From: an uncultured bacterium
GTDB lineage: Bacteria; Hydrothermota; UBA3073; NMUJ01
DNA length: 64,000 nt
Assembly: GCA_965612795.1 (NCBI GenBank)
Contig: CBFDTI010000001.1
Span: 37,895-101,894, forward strand
Direction: 5' to 3'
The notes below the pieces were generated by a model that was given only the letters and a program-made list of their open reading frames with translations, was not told the DNA's origin and did not search any database. The translations under genes were made by a program, and so were the position numbers. Position 1 is the stretch's first letter, and each line of letters starts with the position of its first letter. Below, piece after piece: positions 37,894 to 50,000 of the stretch.

Positions 37894-40448
37894 TGGTGGT
37901 GTACCTTTTATTGGCGCTTAACCTGTGGCAACTGAGGGTGATCAAAACTCCACATTATAAGGTATTCTATCCACCGGGTTATAGCCAATCCGCCATCGAG
38001 CTCGCATATTACCTTGAGACCTATCACGATAGTGTGATCAACTTCATAGGCTACGATCCTGGTATGGTTTGTGTCGGTATACAGGATTTGGGACTGTTAA
38101 CGACAGGGGTTGCTGACCCAATATCCAATCGCATCATGGTTATGGCGTCCACACCGTTGCCTTACAATTTCTATATTGGGTCGATACGTAACTGGTGGCG
38201 TTTGGTAGGTATACATGAGTTCACCCATATATCGCATCTACGTATGGTGCATGGTTGGAACAAATTCTTATATTATCTGCTAGGTGCAATAGCGTTACCA
38301 AATATGATATCCCCCGGCTGGATAATAGAAGGTATTACAGTGTTTACTGAATCACAATATGTGCCATACGAGGGTAGGCTAAACGATGGCCTTTATCATG
38401 ATTATATGAAGGTGCTTGCATATTACGATCGTGTGCCATCCCTGACTGAAATCACATATTACCCTTATGAATTTCCATTGGACAACATTTACCTGTTCGG
38501 TGGTACACTCTTTGATTATATAGATCATCGCTATGGTAAGCATACGTTTAGAGAGTTTTTTAGATCTTACTCAGGTAAAGCTTGCAGGGTACCAATATTA
38601 CCCTACTTCGATCTCGACCGTATTGCAAGGTCCACATTTGGCAAAAGTTGGCCCGCTATATGGAGGGATTGGCGATCTTATTTACGAACATCGACGTACA
38701 AATTTGGTGGTATTAGACTTACCAATGATGGCTGGTATGTAGCATGTCCAGTGATGAAGGATGATAGGATTTTCTACTTACGCAGATACGGATATAAAGA
38801 TGCACCACTTCACACGAAACAGGTTTGGACCCTAACTGCATATGACATAAAAACTGGCCGAGAAAAATCGTTACTCATAAACCTACCGTTTATGCCAATA
38901 CTTAGTGTAGAAGGTGATTCACTATACTATGTAATCTACAAATTACGTTTCGGCTACCCTAACATATATAATGATGGTTGGGGTTATGAATCCGAAATAT
39001 GGGTCTATAACTTACGTACGGGTGAACGTCATCCCGTTTTGCAAGATGCGTTATGTTGTTTCACTGTAGATGATGGTACCATCTACTACGTAAAAAATTG
39101 TGGCCACACGTGCAATATTTACAAATATGAGGGTGATCGTATTACCCACGTATCACATCACAATGCGAATATTGGTGAAATCATTGCCACACCTGTGGGG
39201 CTGATCGTATCATACAAACGCTATAATACCAGCTGGAATATTGGCATTTTAGATCAACAGACATATACCATCAAACCATTGATAGCAACACCATGGGTCG
39301 AAAAATCACCCATCTTACAGGATAGTTTACTTTTCTATGTAGCTAATTATGGTAAAGCCTACAGAATATATGCGTATAGCCTTAATGGTGGTCAACTCTA
39401 TAAGGTCTGTAATACGGGCGTAGCTTTGTACCCGGTACCACACGGTGATACACTTTATTACGTGAGCTTGTACCCAGAAGGGTTTGACTTGACGAAGGTC
39501 GAGCTCATCCTATTTAAATTGGGTGCTTTATCTTCTTTATATTGTTTAGAAGAGGAGCTGCCTCGATTGCCATCCTTTAACAAGAGTGTTGTTATCCAAG
39601 ACGGTAACTTTGTTGAAAATTGTGCACCATTACTTATCCCACAGGTAAGACTCCCTATAGCATATTACAATACGATGACGGGTTGGAATATAGGATTACT
39701 CACATATAGTAGCGATGTTATGGGATATTCAACATTACTTACATATTGGGGCTACTCATTGAAAACACACAAAGTGATCCCATATTTGGAACTATGGTTG
39801 ATGCTACCCGTGCCTATCTCATGGACAGTGATATACGATGTTAGCTTAAGTGTGGAGGTGGACATCCCCTATCATAGGGCGCTTTCATCATTATGGCGCT
39901 ATGGTAGCATAAGCTTATCCTATAATAAAGGTGTGGTAGGGGCAGAATTGCAGTTGGACTTCTCGAGTGGTATGAATTGTTATCGTTTCGCAATAGGTAA
40001 ACGTGGGGTAGATTATTGGGCTGATATCGCCATACAGCGCTACTTCCCTACGCACAAAATATGGGTACGACTTTCTCATGGATATGGTAATCCAGGTTTG
40101 TCTAAGATAAACATTGGCAGTTTACATCACTATTTTGCAGTAGAATGCGAGTTACCCTATAGGGTATTCAAGTTACGTAAAGGATGGTGGAACTTTAACT
40201 TTTACATCGAAGATGTATTCTTTATACCGTTTGGTCGTTACATACAGGCAGAAGGTCATACCTCACGCTGGATATTGGGGCTCTTTGTATCACCTGAGTT
40301 GGGAGTATTGTATCAACCCCGAATTATAGCCCCTACCTTCGGCATAACCTATACCAGCGAAGGTAAGTGGCAGCCGATGTTTGAGATACGGGTGCCACCT
40401 TTATCAAAAAGACCTAACCAACCGTATTATCGAGTATATCCACGGTAG
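37893..40448 (+). CDS. exported protein with gluzincin (peptidase MA-like) domain, TolB-like beta-propeller and probable C-terminal beta-barrel
   Basis: W....T.H...FY, HEFTH...PGWIIEG.T zinc motif, propeller-like repeats, aromatic amphipathic C-terminus. Confidence 0.7.
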   Translation: MVVYLLLALNLWQLRVIKTPHYKVFYPPGYSQSAIELAYYLETYHDSVINFIGYDPGMVCVGIQDLGLLTTGVADPISNRIMVMASTPLPYNFYIGSIRNWWRLVGIHEFTHISHLRMVHGWNKFLYYLLGAIALPNMISPGWIIEGITVFTESQYVPYEGRLNDGLYHDYMKVLAYYDRVPSLTEITYYPYEFPLDNIYLFGGTLFDYIDHRYGKHTFREFFRSYSGKACRVPILPYFDLDRIARSTFGKSWPAIWRDWRSYLRTSTYKFGGIRLTNDGWYVACPVMKDDRIFYLRRYGYKDAPLHTKQVWTLTAYDIKTGREKSLLINLPFMPILSVEGDSLYYVIYKLRFGYPNIYNDGWGYESEIWVYNLRTGERHPVLQDALCCFTVDDGTIYYVKNCGHTCNIYKYEGDRITHVSHHNANIGEIIATPVGLIVSYKRYNTSWNIGILDQQTYTIKPLIATPWVEKSPILQDSLLFYVANYGKAYRIYAYSLNGGQLYKVCNTGVALYPVPHGDTLYYVSLYPEGFDLTKVELILFKLGALSSLYCLEEELPRLPSFNKSVVIQDGNFVENCAPLLIPQVRLPIAYYNTMTGWNIGLLTYSSDVMGYSTLLTYWGYSLKTHKVIPYLELWLMLPVPISWTVIYDVSLSVEVDIPYHRALSSLWRYGSISLSYNKGVVGAELQLDFSSGMNCYRFAIGKRGVDYWADIAIQRYFPTHKIWVRLSHGYGNPGLSKINIGSLHHYFAVECELPYRVFKLRKGWWNFNFYIEDVFFIPFGRYIQAEGHTSRWILGLFVSPELGVLYQPRIIAPTFGITYTSEGKWQPMFEIRVPPLSKRPNQPYYRVYPR

Positions 40449-41015
40449 ACTAATAGCAATCCAACCAATAGGCCTAGGTAATGCTAACCAGCTCAACTCA
40501 TATGTCTTATCACCCAGTTTCATACCTAGGGGCACCATGACCGTGCCAGCAATTGCAAACATTGTACCCTGCACCCCTATATAGTTTATCACCTGTGGAA
40601 GACCGCCTGCCCAATGTGGATGTTGAAACAGATAGGTTATAGCCAAGCTGAAAGTTATCGCCGATAGGTAACCAGTGGAGAACCCCACAACTACAGGATA
40701 GTAGTTACGTGAGCTGTACCTACGCCATAAAATACGTGATATATCGTAGCTCACCCCTATAAAGAAAATGGCCACCATATGACATGCATAGAATGGGTGG
40801 TTCATAAACTTGAACAACATAGCAATTGTAGAGATAATCGCACCTGAACCTATCGGTAATCTCATACTTATACCAAGCAATAGAAGTGCACCCGCTGTGA
40901 GGTATACTGAGGATTTCGGTATATGATGTCCGTAGAGCCACCCACCAACGGCAAATTCGTAGATACCCCATAAGGTTGCACACACCAAAAGTAGGAAAAT
41001 GTGGCGTCGCATCAC
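40404..41015 (-). CDS. hypothetical integral membrane protein (about 6 TM, ECF S-component-sized)
   Basis: 203 aa, hydrophobic, LWG..E...G motif; has its own promoter TTGACA-N15-CATATT (41048-41022) 6 nt before the GTG. Confidence 0.7.
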   Translation of the reverse strand: MMRRHIFLLLVCATLWGIYEFAVGGWLYGHHIPKSSVYLTAGALLLLGISMRLPIGSGAIISTIAMLFKFMNHPFYACHMVAIFFIGVSYDISRILWRRYSSRNYYPVVVGFSTGYLSAITFSLAITYLFQHPHWAGGLPQVINYIGVQGTMFAIAGTVMVPLGMKLGDKTYELSWLALPRPIGWIAISLPWIYSIIRLVRSF

Positions 41016-41153
41016 TTAGTTAATATGGGAAGATCTACTTTTTGTCAAGTTCAATAAGTTCACCACTAGCTTATAGGGTTGTCATTTCTCAACGAACGCT
41101 TATTATAAAAGGATGGTTAGCAAGAATTTCTCCATGTCAAACAAGGAGTAAAA

Positions 41154-42317
41154 ATGCGCGTATGGTGGATATTAAGCTTATCCTTTATTATAGCATGTGC
41201 GACAGTACCACCGGAGGAGACGAAACCGCCAACACCTCCCACTGCACCCGAGGAAACGGCACGCCCTAGTAAAGCCACATTGTATTTCTCGTTTGGCTAC
41301 GATTACTATCAGAAAAAAATGTATCCAGATGCAGTTAAGAATTTCGCCAAAGCTATAGAAGAAAGTACGTCCTACGTATCGGCGTATGTGATGTTGGCCA
41401 GATCCTACACTAATATGGGTGAATTCGCGAAAGCTGAATCTGTCTATTTTGCGCTACTGGAGGCCGTACCCGGTGAGATTAAGGCTTACTATGGGTTGGG
41501 TAAACTTCACACTATAATGGGGGATTACGAACGTGCTATCGAGTATTACAATAAAGCGATCGAGCTTAACCCTTCCTATGGTGAAGCCTATTATGGGTTG
41601 GGTTACGCGTATGAAAAATTGGGTGATAACGAAAAAGCACTCGAGTATTATCAAAAAACATTACAATGTGAACCCAACCTTACAGGCGTTAGATACAGGA
41701 TGGCGAAGATCCACGAAGCACTCTCTGAGTACGATAAAGTGGTGGAAATGCTAGTACCGCTGGTAGAGGAACATCCGGAAGATATCGATGCACGTAAGTT
41801 GCTTGCCGATGCATATATAGAATTGGAGCAGTTTGATAAGGCTTTATCACATATCCAGTTTCTGCATGAGAAGTTTCCGGATAATCTTGAATATTGTGTG
41901 AAGCTTGCACGCTGCTGCGAAGGCGCCGCTAATTATGAAGCTGCACGTAATCTATATCTAAGTGCTATAGAGAAAGATTCCACTTATGCACCGGCTTATT
42001 ACCAGCTTATACGTATGGATATAAAGATAAAGGCATTTGGGGAAGCCGAACAGTATATAGAGCTAGCTAAAGCACGTGGCATAAAAACACCCATAATATT
42101 TGCGCTTGAGGGTGACCTTTTCCGTGAGCGCGGTGATCTGGCGTTCAAACAAGGAAAGTTGCAGAAAGCGCTCGATTTCTATAAACGTTCAAAATCGATA
42201 TTTACCAATGTAGTGAAAATGGGCAACCCTGACTGGGCTGAATATGCGCGTAAGAACATCGATTTACTTGATAAGAAGATAAAAATCACAAAGGATAAAC
42301 TCTGGTGGGAGCAATAA
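41154..42317 (+). CDS. TPR-repeat lipoprotein
   Basis: Lipobox IIAC, Pro/Thr linker, many TPRs; RBS AAGGAG; upstream TTGTCA-N16-TATTAT at 41079-41106. Confidence 0.88.
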   Translation: MRVWWILSLSFIIACATVPPEETKPPTPPTAPEETARPSKATLYFSFGYDYYQKKMYPDAVKNFAKAIEESTSYVSAYVMLARSYTNMGEFAKAESVYFALLEAVPGEIKAYYGLGKLHTIMGDYERAIEYYNKAIELNPSYGEAYYGLGYAYEKLGDNEKALEYYQKTLQCEPNLTGVRYRMAKIHEALSEYDKVVEMLVPLVEEHPEDIDARKLLADAYIELEQFDKALSHIQFLHEKFPDNLEYCVKLARCCEGAANYEAARNLYLSAIEKDSTYAPAYYQLIRMDIKIKAFGEAEQYIELAKARGIKTPIIFALEGDLFRERGDLAFKQGKLQKALDFYKRSKSIFTNVVKMGNPDWAEYARKNIDLLDKKIKITKDKLWWEQ

Positions 42318-42985
42318 TGCAGATATTCCTTGATACTGCCAATCTTGACGAAATTCGCAAAGGGGTTGAGTGGGGTATCGTGGATGGTGTAACCACAAAC
42401 CCTACTCTATTAGCGAAGGAGATAAAGCGCACCGGTAGAAAAAAAGAGGATATACTCTATGAAATTTGCGAGCTGGTCCACGGCCCTGTAAGTGCGGAAG
42501 GTGTATCACTTGATTTTGATGGTATAGTTAGGGACGCGAAGTACCTATCCTCCATACACCCAAACATCACCGTGAAGATACCCGTGACAACCGCCGGGAT
42601 ACGCGCAATCCGCAAGCTACATGAACTCAACATAAAGGTGAATGCAACCCTAGTGTTCTCACCTAACCAAGCCATACTTGCAGCCAAGGCAGGTGCTAAT
42701 TTTGTAAGCCCATTCATAGGACGGCTCGATGACATAGGTGACGCCGGTATGCGTATAGTTGAACAGATTGTAGCTATATTCGAAAATTACAAATTTGCCA
42801 GTAAAGTGATTGTTGCTTCAGTACGCCACCCTATGCACGTGGTTGAGGCTGCTCTTATAGGTGCAGATATTGTGACAATGCCGTTCAATGTGCTCGAAAA
42901 GATGTTCAGACATCCGCTTACAGATGTGGGGATAGAGCGGTTTATCAAGGATTGGGAAGAAGCCACGCGTATATTAGGTGAATGA
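42317..42985 (+). CDS. tal: transaldolase / fructose-6-phosphate aldolase (TalC type)
   Basis: [50 protein letters not shown]...F..DW; ATG at 42317 overlaps the upstream TAA. Confidence 0.92.
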   Translation: MQIFLDTANLDEIRKGVEWGIVDGVTTNPTLLAKEIKRTGRKKEDILYEICELVHGPVSAEGVSLDFDGIVRDAKYLSSIHPNITVKIPVTTAGIRAIRKLHELNIKVNATLVFSPNQAILAAKAGANFVSPFIGRLDDIGDAGMRIVEQIVAIFENYKFASKVIVASVRHPMHVVEAALIGADIVTMPFNVLEKMFRHPLTDVGIERFIKDWEEATRILGE

Positions 42986-44274
42986 TAGAACGCTACACGT
43001 TGCCACCGTTTGATAAGCTATGGAGTCTGGAGAACAAGTATAATGTTTGGTTAAAAGTGGAGCTTGCTTTTCTTGAAGCGCGTGCGGAGCTGGGTGAAGT
43101 CGATTGGGATACCGTAGAACTAATAAAGAAACGTGCAAAATTTGACATCCAGGAGATTGCGAAAATTGAACGTCAAGTGCAACACGATGTGATAGCGTTT
43201 CTCACAAATGTAGCTTCCTATGTAGGTGAGCCCGCAAAAGAGCTACATTATGGGTTAACATCGTACGATATGGTTGATACTGCACTTGCACTTCTTATGC
43301 TGGAAGCGGGTGAAGCCATCCGATCCGCTTTAGAGGAGTTACTGGAGAGTTTGAAGAAGAAAGCACTCGAGGAGAAATATACACCAATGATTGGACGTAC
43401 GCATGGAATACATGCGGAACCTATCACGTTGGGGGTGAAGTTTCTTCGCTGGTATGATGAGATGTCGCGTAACTACGAACGTTGGCAACATGCACTCGAA
43501 AACATAAGGTACGGTAAATTTTCAGGTGCTGTAGGTACCTATACACATACGACACCGGAATTGGAGTTACTCGCCTGTAAACGGTTGGGATTGAAACCGG
43601 CACTTACCTCAAGCCAGGTCATCGAACGTGACCGTCATGCTGAATATATATTAACACTTGGAATTATAGCGACATCACTTGAGAAGATAGCGACTGAGTT
43701 GCGTCAACTACAACGTACGGAGATACATGAGGTGGAAGAGTTCTTCAGCGCACACCAGAAGGGGTCATCCGCTATGCCGCATAAGAAGAACCCTATTCTA
43801 AGTGAACGCATGTGCGGGTTAGCACGTATTGTACGTAGCCACGTAATAGCAGCCTTACAGAATATGGTGTTGTGGAACGAACGTGACATATCGAACTCAT
43901 GTGTTGAAAGGATAATTTTACCCGAAAGTACCACATTGGTATACTATATGCTCAAGAAAACAAAAGACAATATTGATAACTTACGAATTCTACGTGACAA
44001 TATGGAGCGCAACTTAAAGTTAACGAAGGGTGTGATATTTTCAGAAGCTGTGATGCTGGCACTTATAAAGAAAGGGCTCACCCGCCAATCCGCATATGAT
44101 ATAGTGCAACGTGCCACTTTTAGAAGTTATGAAACTGGTAAACATTTCAAGCAAGTATTGATGGAGGATACTAACATACGCAAATATCTGGACGAAAATG
44201 AGATCCATTCACTGTTTGACCTCCAACATTACTTCCGTCATATAGATGCAATCTATAAGAGGGTGTTGGGTTGA
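42982..44274 (+). CDS. purB: adenylosuccinate lyase
   Basis: [54 protein letters not shown]. Confidence 0.96.
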   Translation: MIERYTLPPFDKLWSLENKYNVWLKVELAFLEARAELGEVDWDTVELIKKRAKFDIQEIAKIERQVQHDVIAFLTNVASYVGEPAKELHYGLTSYDMVDTALALLMLEAGEAIRSALEELLESLKKKALEEKYTPMIGRTHGIHAEPITLGVKFLRWYDEMSRNYERWQHALENIRYGKFSGAVGTYTHTTPELELLACKRLGLKPALTSSQVIERDRHAEYILTLGIIATSLEKIATELRQLQRTEIHEVEEFFSAHQKGSSAMPHKKNPILSERMCGLARIVRSHVIAALQNMVLWNERDISNSCVERIILPESTTLVYYMLKKTKDNIDNLRILRDNMERNLKLTKGVIFSEAVMLALIKKGLTRQSAYDIVQRATFRSYETGKHFKQVLMEDTNIRKYLDENEIHSLFDLQHYFRHIDAIYKRVLG

Positions 44275-45115
44275 TCATCTTAAGTGCTGGCGCATACATA
44301 ATGCGATAATAGGGGTAGCCGCAGTATTTGTAGCTGCCTATATTGTAAAATTTCCATGGAACTCGATAAACCCATATCTGGCTGCTATATTTACATTTTT
44401 GGTGATAAGTGCCACCAATCTTATGAACGATGCACGTGATGTAGATATCGATCGCATTGTTCATCCCACACGTCCCATACCACAGGGTAAGGTTACACGT
44501 ACGGCCGCACTCACTGAGAGCCTTATATTATGGATTTGTGCACTAGCAGTGGCATGGTTTATATCGTTCAATTTCTACATCATAGCTATTATAACGTTAT
44601 TGCTTGTGGTGCTCTACAATTTCTACTTACGTAGGTACGGGGTGGCGGGCAACTTTATAGTAGCAATGACGGGCGGGTTACCCTTCATATATGGAGGGTT
44701 GAGTGTAGATAACCCCAGATTTATGCTACCTTTTTACTTGTTAGCGGTAGCGCTACACCTGGCACGTGAACTGATGAAAGATGGTGAGGACATTGAAGGT
44801 GATCGTGCTGCCGGGATCAAAAGTCTACCCATAATTTCAATGAGATTAACCCTTATAATAATAGGTATCGGCGTAGCGGGCTTCATAGGGATGTCAATCT
44901 TCATATTCGTTAAGTTATTTCATACACATTACTTTTTGATATCAATATTGCCGGTCGATGTCCTGTTATGCTTCGTATACTATCGGCTCATACGGTGTCC
45001 AGTTACCCCAGTGTTTAGGGTAGCTCAACGTACCACCAAACTGGTGATGGTGCTCACACTGAGTGCATTGTACATCGGTAAGCTGTCCATTATGAAATAT
45101 GTACTTACGCATTAA
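44246..45115 (+). CDS. UbiA-family prenyltransferase, DGGGP-synthase-like
   Basis: Asp-rich motifs NDARDVDIDRIVHPTRPIPQG and RELMKDGEDIEGD...G..SLP; YN..L...G..GN..VA; 8-9 TM helices. Confidence 0.85.
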   Translation: MQSIRGCWVDHLKCWRIHNAIIGVAAVFVAAYIVKFPWNSINPYLAAIFTFLVISATNLMNDARDVDIDRIVHPTRPIPQGKVTRTAALTESLILWICALAVAWFISFNFYIIAIITLLLVVLYNFYLRRYGVAGNFIVAMTGGLPFIYGGLSVDNPRFMLPFYLLAVALHLARELMKDGEDIEGDRAAGIKSLPIISMRLTLIIIGIGVAGFIGMSIFIFVKLFHTHYFLISILPVDVLLCFVYYRLIRCPVTPVFRVAQRTTKLVMVLTLSALYIGKLSIMKYVLTH

Positions 45116-45839
45116 TGATATTCTGTGGCTTGTAACGTTTTTCATAGTTGGTGCTATATTCGGTAGCTTCTTTAATGTATGTATTTATAGGATACCAAGG
45201 AAAAAGTCGATCATTTCACCACGATCACATTGTCCAATGTGTGGTCACACCATCCCATGGTACGATAACATACCTATCATCTCTTACATTTTATTGAAAG
45301 GTAAGTGTCGCTTCTGTGGTGCTACCATACCCGTAAGATACCTTATCGTGGAGCTACTTGCTGCATGCTTGTTCCCTATAAATCTATATATATTTGGTAT
45401 AGGGCTGGAGTTACTCGTGGTACTCGTATTGCTTTCGTTATTAACCATAGTAGCTTTTATAGATATTGAAACCGGCCTAATCCCCAACGTAATAGTATTA
45501 CCCGGTATGGTGCTTGGTATAGGGCTTAGCAGCCTACAAGGTAAAACTATGGAATCGATATTAGGACTCTTGACAGGTGGGATGGTACTTTATATTTTAA
45601 CTGCATTAAGTAACGTTATCTTGAAAAAAGAGGCGATGGGAGGTGGTGATATAAAGTTGTTAGCTATGATAGGCGCATATATGGGGTGGTTTTATACACT
45701 TATCGTCTTGTTTGGGGCATCTCTACTGGGTGTGATCTTTGCCCTACCGCTACGTAAGCGCAAGATAGTGTTTGGCCCTTTTCTCGCAGTTGCTACGCTC
45801 ATAACGATTATCATAAAACACTTCAAGCTTATTGGTTGA
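45099..45839 (+). CDS. pilD: prepilin peptidase / N-methyltransferase
   Basis: GSF.NV.IYR.P, S.CP.C...I.WYDNIP..SY..L.G.CR.C, ID, MGGGD.KL, FGPFL. Confidence 0.95.
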   Translation: MYLRINDILWLVTFFIVGAIFGSFFNVCIYRIPRKKSIISPRSHCPMCGHTIPWYDNIPIISYILLKGKCRFCGATIPVRYLIVELLAACLFPINLYIFGIGLELLVVLVLLSLLTIVAFIDIETGLIPNVIVLPGMVLGIGLSSLQGKTMESILGLLTGGMVLYILTALSNVILKKEAMGGGDIKLLAMIGAYMGWFYTLIVLFGASLLGVIFALPLRKRKIVFGPFLAVATLITIIIKHFKLIG

Positions 45840-45874
45840 CATTTCTATGATTTATAGCAATTTAAAGTCAACAT

Positions 45875-47044
45875 GTGAAATATCAGTTAATGGCAATAGA
45901 AAGAGAAGAATTTAGACTAATTTTAGAAAATTTGGAGACTGCAATACATATTGTTGACAGGGGGATGAAAATTATTTATGCTAACAAATACTGGGAAACG
46001 TTCTCTAGAGGACATATCAAGCGCGAAGATATGATAGGTAAATCATTGTTTGAAGTATTCCCATTCTTACGCAGCTTGGGCAGGGACAAAGAATATAAAC
46101 GAGTACTTGAAACTGGCGAGTCACTTGTTACCGAGGAGACTACCGAAGTTTATGGTGAAACCATCCATACACGCACTAAAAAAATACCCATAAAGGGTGC
46201 TACAGGGCGAGTTGAATACATAGTGACAGCCGTTGAAGATATTACAGAAGATGTTAAACTAAAAGAGACTCTAAACAAAAGGTTAGCAGAGCTTTCGACA
46301 GTATTAGAGATCGACCGTATGCTTATTGCTCAGCCTGATGTCTCCAAAGTGATAGAACTGGCTACTGCACGCGTACATGAGCTGTTAAATGCAGACAGAA
46401 CCGTATTTTCGTTGCTGGATGAGACTAAAGGTATCATAGAACCTGTAGCTGCCGAGGGACCTTACAAAAAAGAAGTACTCGCTATGACGTTAAAATTGGG
46501 GAATGGCTTTACAGGTAAAGTTATCGCAAAGGGTAAAGGTGAGATACTCAATGATGCACATCTAAGTGATGTGGCGATGCAAGTACCTGGCACTCCTGTA
46601 GAACCGGAATCGCTCCTTTGTGTTCCATTAATATTCGAAAATAAAACACTGGGTGCGTTGACGGTTAGCAGGATGGGCGAGGGTAAACACTTTACACCCG
46701 ACGATCTTGCCTTCTGTGAGATAGTAGCGGCTCAGATTGCTATAGCTTTACAGAATGCGAGGTTACATGGCCAGCTAAAAGAATTAGTGGAACAGCGTAC
46801 AAAGGAGTTACAAGAAGCATACAAGAACCTGAAGCGCTTAGAAGAAGAGCGACGAGAATATATATCGAGGCTCATAGCAGATGTCACCCCTACACTTAAT
46901 ATAGTAAAGGAGTGTGTATCCACCTTGCTCGTTGACGAAGCCGCTAAGAAACAGCCAGATAGGTTACTTACGCTGATGAAGACGAAGCTTGACAATCTCA
47001 TAGATATTATGAATAAAATAATGAAAGCACGTGAACATGGATGA
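45875..47044 (+). CDS. cytoplasmic PAS-GAF sensor with a degenerate (His-less) DHp-like C-terminus
   Basis: PAS domain ending EDITE; GAF domain (G.G.TG.V, S.L.VPL, F...D......A.Q.A.AL.NARL); coiled coil LVEQRT.EL; no HATPase domain. Confidence 0.8.
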   Translation: MKYQLMAIEREEFRLILENLETAIHIVDRGMKIIYANKYWETFSRGHIKREDMIGKSLFEVFPFLRSLGRDKEYKRVLETGESLVTEETTEVYGETIHTRTKKIPIKGATGRVEYIVTAVEDITEDVKLKETLNKRLAELSTVLEIDRMLIAQPDVSKVIELATARVHELLNADRTVFSLLDETKGIIEPVAAEGPYKKEVLAMTLKLGNGFTGKVIAKGKGEILNDAHLSDVAMQVPGTPVEPESLLCVPLIFENKTLGALTVSRMGEGKHFTPDDLAFCEIVAAQIAIALQNARLHGQLKELVEQRTKELQEAYKNLKRLEEERREYISRLIADVTPTLNIVKECVSTLLVDEAAKKQPDRLLTLMKTKLDNLIDIMNKIMKAREHG

Positions 47045-50000
47045 AAAATATGGAGATAGATAGCATAATTCGGGCAATATTCGAAAATGCACCCCATAAG
47101 TTTATATTATTGGATAAAGATGGTAAAATCCTTTACGTAAATAAAGCAGTCGAAAAGACAATTGGCTGTCCATCAAGCGGTATCATAGGTAAACGATTTG
47201 TGGATTTCATCCCTTCTAAATATCATCAATCCTTCCTGAAAACGCTAAACAGTAGCTCGAAAGATTCTACGCTAGTAGTAGAAATTAAAAAACCAGATAA
47301 TAGCCAGATACCAGTAGAACTCTCGATAAACTCCATACCGGCAAAAGAACCAAGAATATTACTAAATATACGTGATGTGGATGAAGTTAAACGGTTAGAA
47401 AACTTGTTAAAAACCATCCGTCAAAGATATGCTTCATTATATGAATTTTATCGGAAAATATTTGATATATGTCCAGTTGGTGTGATATGGTTAGATGATA
47501 AGCTTCGCATTGTGTATGAGAACCCTGAGACGAAGAAGATCCTGGGAGTACCATCTGGTGAAGAATCATCCGCTATGGGTATGGATATTAGAGAAATTTT
47601 CTCGATTAAAGAGGCGGGTTTATCTGAACTGTTTGATGATTTGCTCAAAGGTAAGAAAATCAGAAAAATAGGATATTTCAAGTCAATCTATAAGAAAGAG
47701 TCCTATTTGCTACTGACTGGTATCCCAGTCATTGAAGATGGTAAATTCCAGGGTGGGGTGCTCTTCATAGAGGATTTAACCGAGTTAAAACGTTTGGAGG
47801 AATGGTGGCGTAAACAGATCGAGAGCATCCTCAACATAACTGGCAAATTGCTATTAGAGCGTGATTTAAATACATCACTACAGCTTATATGTGATACGAT
47901 CACAAACGAACTCGGTTGGCGTCAGGTGATACTTTCAGTTCGTGATTATGAGACGATGACATCAAGGCCTGTTGCCGTATCGGGTTACGATGCAAAGACT
48001 GCGGCTGAAATCCTATCACATCCACCTGTAAGTATTAAGAAAACGGAGAAGTTCCTGCGTGACGAATTTAAGATCAGCCGTTCCTATTATATAGATCACA
48101 CACATTGGGAAGAGCTTAAAGATTATCCAAGCAAATTATATATAACACCCGTAAAAGGCATTACACCTGGTGGTTGGCACGAAAAGGATCTGCTACTTAT
48201 ACCAATTTATGGAAAAGACGATAAAATACTGGGGTTCATTTCACCCGATAACCCAGTAACTGGCAAACGGCCAACCCTTGAGGATATTAAACTGCTCGAG
48301 ATATTTGCTGACCAAGCTGCTATCGCAATAGAAAATCTGCGTATTTACAATATGGTGAAACAATCTGAAGAAAAATACCGTACAATGCTGGAGAATACCG
48401 GTACCGCAATCGCGGTAATAGAAGAAGATACCACAATATCAGCGGTAAATGCTGAGTTCGAAAAATTATCTGGTTACTCACGAGCTGAAATCGAAGGAAA
48501 GATGAGCTGGACAGTATTTGTACATCCCGATGATGTTGAGCGTATGAAACATTACCACTATGAACGAAGGAAAAAGAGAGGAAAAGCACCTCGAAATTAC
48601 GAATTTAGGTTCATCGACCGTCACGGTAACCTCAAACATATATATCTAACCGTCAGTATGATACCTGAAACAAAGCAAAGTGTTGCGTCACTTATTGATA
48701 TAACCAAACTTAAACGTATCGAGGAGGAGCTCAAAAACCGCAAGGAGTTCCTGCAAACCATCCTCGATAGCTCACCGGACCTTATCTTTACAGTAAAGAA
48801 GGATGGTACAATCGGATTCACAAATAAGCGGTTAAAGGAGATACTCGGGTATGAACCTGATGAAGTAAAAGGTAGACATTTCTTAGAAGCTATTCCAAAG
48901 GAGTTACACCTTTACATGCAGAAAAAATGGAAGGAAGTTCAAAAAGGCATTAGCGGGGTTTATGAAACTAAGGTTATAAAGAAAGATGGAACATTGGTAG
49001 ACTGCCTCGTATCACATGCACCTTTGAAAGGCATGAATGAACACATTGCCATACTTAAAAATATCACGGAGTACAAGCGTATGCAATATGAGTTGGAAGA
49101 ACGTAAGCTGTACCTTGAAAAAGTCATGGAAAGTACACCAAATGCTGTCATCACGCAAGATAGTGAGGGGAAAGTCCGTCAATGGAACCAAGCTGCCGAA
49201 AAGCTCTTCGGCTATACCATGGAAGAAGCGATAGGTAGAAGACTTGACGATCTCATAGCAAGGTTTGATCCGCATACTTTCAAAGAGGCAACTCATTATA
49301 CTCAAAAAATCTTAAAAGGTGAACCCATAGCGCCGGTCGAAGTTATACGATATCGCAAAGACGGTACACCTATAGAAGTTGTCATGTCAGCGGCTCCAAT
49401 TGTTATTAAAGGTAAAATTGTTGGTGTAGTAGTTACATATGCTGACATAACCGAACGTAAACGTATAGAAAAAGAGCTACGTGCACGTAAAACATATCTC
49501 GAGAAACTTATGGAAAGTGTACCTGATGCTATTGTGACAACAGATGCACAACATAGAATAGTAGAGTGGAACCCAGGTGCTGAAAAGTTATTTGGTTATA
49601 CATGGGATGAAGCTGTTGGCCAGAACCTCGACTATCTTATAGCTGGTGCGGATGTAGCGGCTTTTGAAGAAGCGACTAAATTTACGCGACAGCTGGTCTT
49701 CGATAAAAAAGATATACCACCTACAGAGACTATACGATATCGTAAAGACGGTACCCCGATAAACGTCATAGTGGCCGCATCCCCCATAGTTATAGAGGAT
49801 AAAGTTGTGGGTGTGGCTGTCGTATATACAGACATCACGAATAGGGTAAAACTCGAACATGCACTTAAAGAGTCTGAGGAGCGTTACAGGAAACTTATTG
49901 AAAACATAACAGATGGTGTATGCCTTATATATAATAGGCGGGTGGTGTTTGCTAACCCTGCATTCGAAAAACTCACCGGCTATACAAGGGAGGAACTAGA

